Assembly: GCA_964639595.1 (NCBI GenBank)
Contig: CAZXEC010000001.1
Span: 88,111 to 152,110, forward strand
Direction: 5' to 3'
Source of the DNA: an uncultured Gammaproteobacteria bacterium
Lineage (GTDB): Bacteria; Patescibacteriota; Microgenomatia; CAZXEC01
DNA length: 64,000 nucleotides
Positions 62,400 to 64,000 of this stretch are shown here, piece after piece (positions within the stretch are counted from its first letter, which is position 1; each line of letters starts with the position of its first letter). The notes below the pieces were generated by a model. That model did not search any database. It was not told where the DNA came from and was given only the letters and a program-made list of their open reading frames with translations. Both the position numbers and the translations under genes were made by a program.

Positions 62400-63374
62400 A
62401 TGTCGGCAATAGTAGTTGATCACCTGTTAAAATATTATTCAGCTCACCAGAAACAACCGGGCCTGTGGGGGTCAGTTAAAAGTTTATTTGTCAGACGCTA
62501 CTTTGATGTTAAGGCTGTCGATGATGTTTCTTTCTCAATAGAACCGGGAGAATTAGTCGGATTTATCGGTCCCAATGGCGCCGGCAAGACTACCACCCTG
62601 AAAGTCTTGTCAGGGCTGCTTTATCCCACTGGCGGCAAGGTGAGCGTCTTAGGGTATGAACCATGGAAAAGACAAGCCGAATTCCAAAAGCAATTTGCCC
62701 TGGTAATGGGTCAGAAAAACCAGTTGTGGTGGGATTTGTCGGCCATGGAATCATTTATCCTCAACAAGGAAATCTATGAAGTACCAGATGATAAATTTAA
62801 AAGCATTATCGCCGAATTATCAGAAATGCTTGACGTTGCTGATGTTTTGAATGTTCAAGTGAGAAAGCTATCGTTGGGGCAAAGAATGAAAGCAGAACTA
62901 ATTGCCGCTCTGTTGCATTCTCCCAAAGTGCTATTTTTGGATGAACCGACTATTGGTTTGGATGTGGTGGCCCAGAAAAAAATGCGTGATTTTATCAAGG
63001 GATATAACCGTAAGTATGGCGCCACGGTTATTCTGACTTCCCATTATATGGAGGATGTCAAAGAACTGTGCCAAAGAGTGGTGATAATTGATCACGGTAA
63101 GATTTTATTTGACGGGCCCTTGTCTGATGTGGTGGCCAAATATGCCGACCACAAAACTATTGTGGCCACCTTTGATGGCGAAGTGAAAAGAGAAGATTTA
63201 TCAAAAATAGGCCAGGTGCAGGAATTTGACCCGCCCAAAGCTACTATTAATGTCGCCAGAGCCCACACCTCTCAAAAAGCCAGCCAACTTTTAAATGAAT
63301 TTCCGGTAGTTGACCTGACTATCGAAGAGCCGCCGATTGAAGATATTATCAGAGAACTATTCTCTGGCCGCTGA
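62400..63374 (+). CDS. ABC transporter ATP-binding protein
   Basis: GPNGAGKTT, LSLGQ, FLDEPTIGLD, SHYM. Confidence 0.95.
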   Translation: MSAIVVDHLLKYYSAHQKQPGLWGSVKSLFVRRYFDVKAVDDVSFSIEPGELVGFIGPNGAGKTTTLKVLSGLLYPTGGKVSVLGYEPWKRQAEFQKQFALVMGQKNQLWWDLSAMESFILNKEIYEVPDDKFKSIIAELSEMLDVADVLNVQVRKLSLGQRMKAELIAALLHSPKVLFLDEPTIGLDVVAQKKMRDFIKGYNRKYGATVILTSHYMEDVKELCQRVVIIDHGKILFDGPLSDVVAKYADHKTIVATFDGEVKREDLSKIGQVQEFDPPKATINVARAHTSQKASQLLNEFPVVDLTIEEPPIEDIIRELFSGR

Positions 63375-64000
63375 TGAAAAAATATCAAACAGTTTTTACC
63401 GTTACTCTAGCCAACATTTTTCAGTATCGAACCAATTTTTTCCTGGAACGTTTGCGCAGTCTGATTTCTTTGGTGACTTTATATTTCTTGTGGCAGGCGG
63501 TATTTGCAGAGCAGAATTTCTTATTTGGATACAGCAGAGAGCAGATATTTACCTATGTATTGATTTCACATTTGGCTAGTTTTTTAGTGCTTTTAACCAC
63601 CACGGGAGAAATTGCCGGAGAAATTGCCGGAGGCGGCAAATTCTTTTCTTATTTAGTAAGACCAGTTAGCTACATCAAATATTGGCTGGCTGTTGATTTG
63701 GGATATAAGCTGGTGAGTACAATTTTTGCTTTGCTGGAAATTATCATTTTTGTTCGATTGTTTAATGTCACTGTATACTTTCCTTTAATTTGGTCAATTT
63801 GGATATTGGCACTGGGTGTATTTTTACTGGCCATGATGCTAAATTTTTTGTTGGGATTCTTAGTGAGTTTAGTGGCTTTTTGGACCCAGGAAGTATGGGC
63901 GCCCCGCTTTTTGTTTATTATTATTTTGGGTTTGGCCAGTGGTAGTTTTTTCCCTTTGGATGTGTTGCCATCGTTGGGTCAGCAAATTATATCCTGGACT
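63374..64000 (+). CDS. ABC-2 type permease (3'-truncated by window edge; absent from the ORF track)
   Basis: Open frame from ATG 63374: MKKYQTVFTVTLANIFQYRTNF...YLVRP...GSFFPLDVLP. Confidence 0.85.
   Translation, partial: MKKYQTVFTVTLANIFQYRTNFFLERLRSLISLVTLYFLWQAVFAEQNFLFGYSREQIFTYVLISHLASFLVLLTTTGEIAGEIAGGGKFFSYLVRPVSYIKYWLAVDLGYKLVSTIFALLEIIIFVRLFNVTVYFPLIWSIWILALGVFLLAMMLNFLLGFLVSLVAFWTQEVWAPRFLFIIILGLASGSFFPLDVLPSLGQQIISWT

Overview
Core chromosomal segment of a Patescibacteria (CPR) bacterium, most likely Microgenomates. The assignment rests on: no rpmD/L30, short IF2, truncated AlaRS, AAA-only Lon and CPR-type palindromic repeats; TGA is used as a stop, so code 11. Order: dnaK-dnaJ, nusA-infB-DHH-rpsO-pnp, lon-like-udg-rnj-ftsK-rodZ-like, alaS, actin-fold/baseplate-J-like-sortase-ruvX-mltG, orphan purM, rpoBC, str, S10-spc-alpha, rplM-rpsI, then a ~5.5 kb AT-rich accessory island (51.3-56.8 kb) ending at a tRNA-Pro(GGG), then recA-recX-rny-HU and an ABC-2 exporter. 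The island is the best candidate for an undescribed system. It holds (i) a four-gene operon built around a GHKL/MORC-like ATPase with no evident nuclease, (ii) an XRE + ImmA/IrrE-peptidase switch with a clear operator, divergent from a mini-HNH gene and bracketed by direct repeats, and (iii) a Zn-finger/PD-(D/E)xK gene whose ATG follows the tRNA discriminator after one nucleotide. Other highlights: a non-canonical tRNA elbow, a 6S-like structured RNA before rny, and candidate attenuator leaders before rpoB, rpsL, rplC and rplN. All family assignments come from reading motifs by eye; no searches were run.
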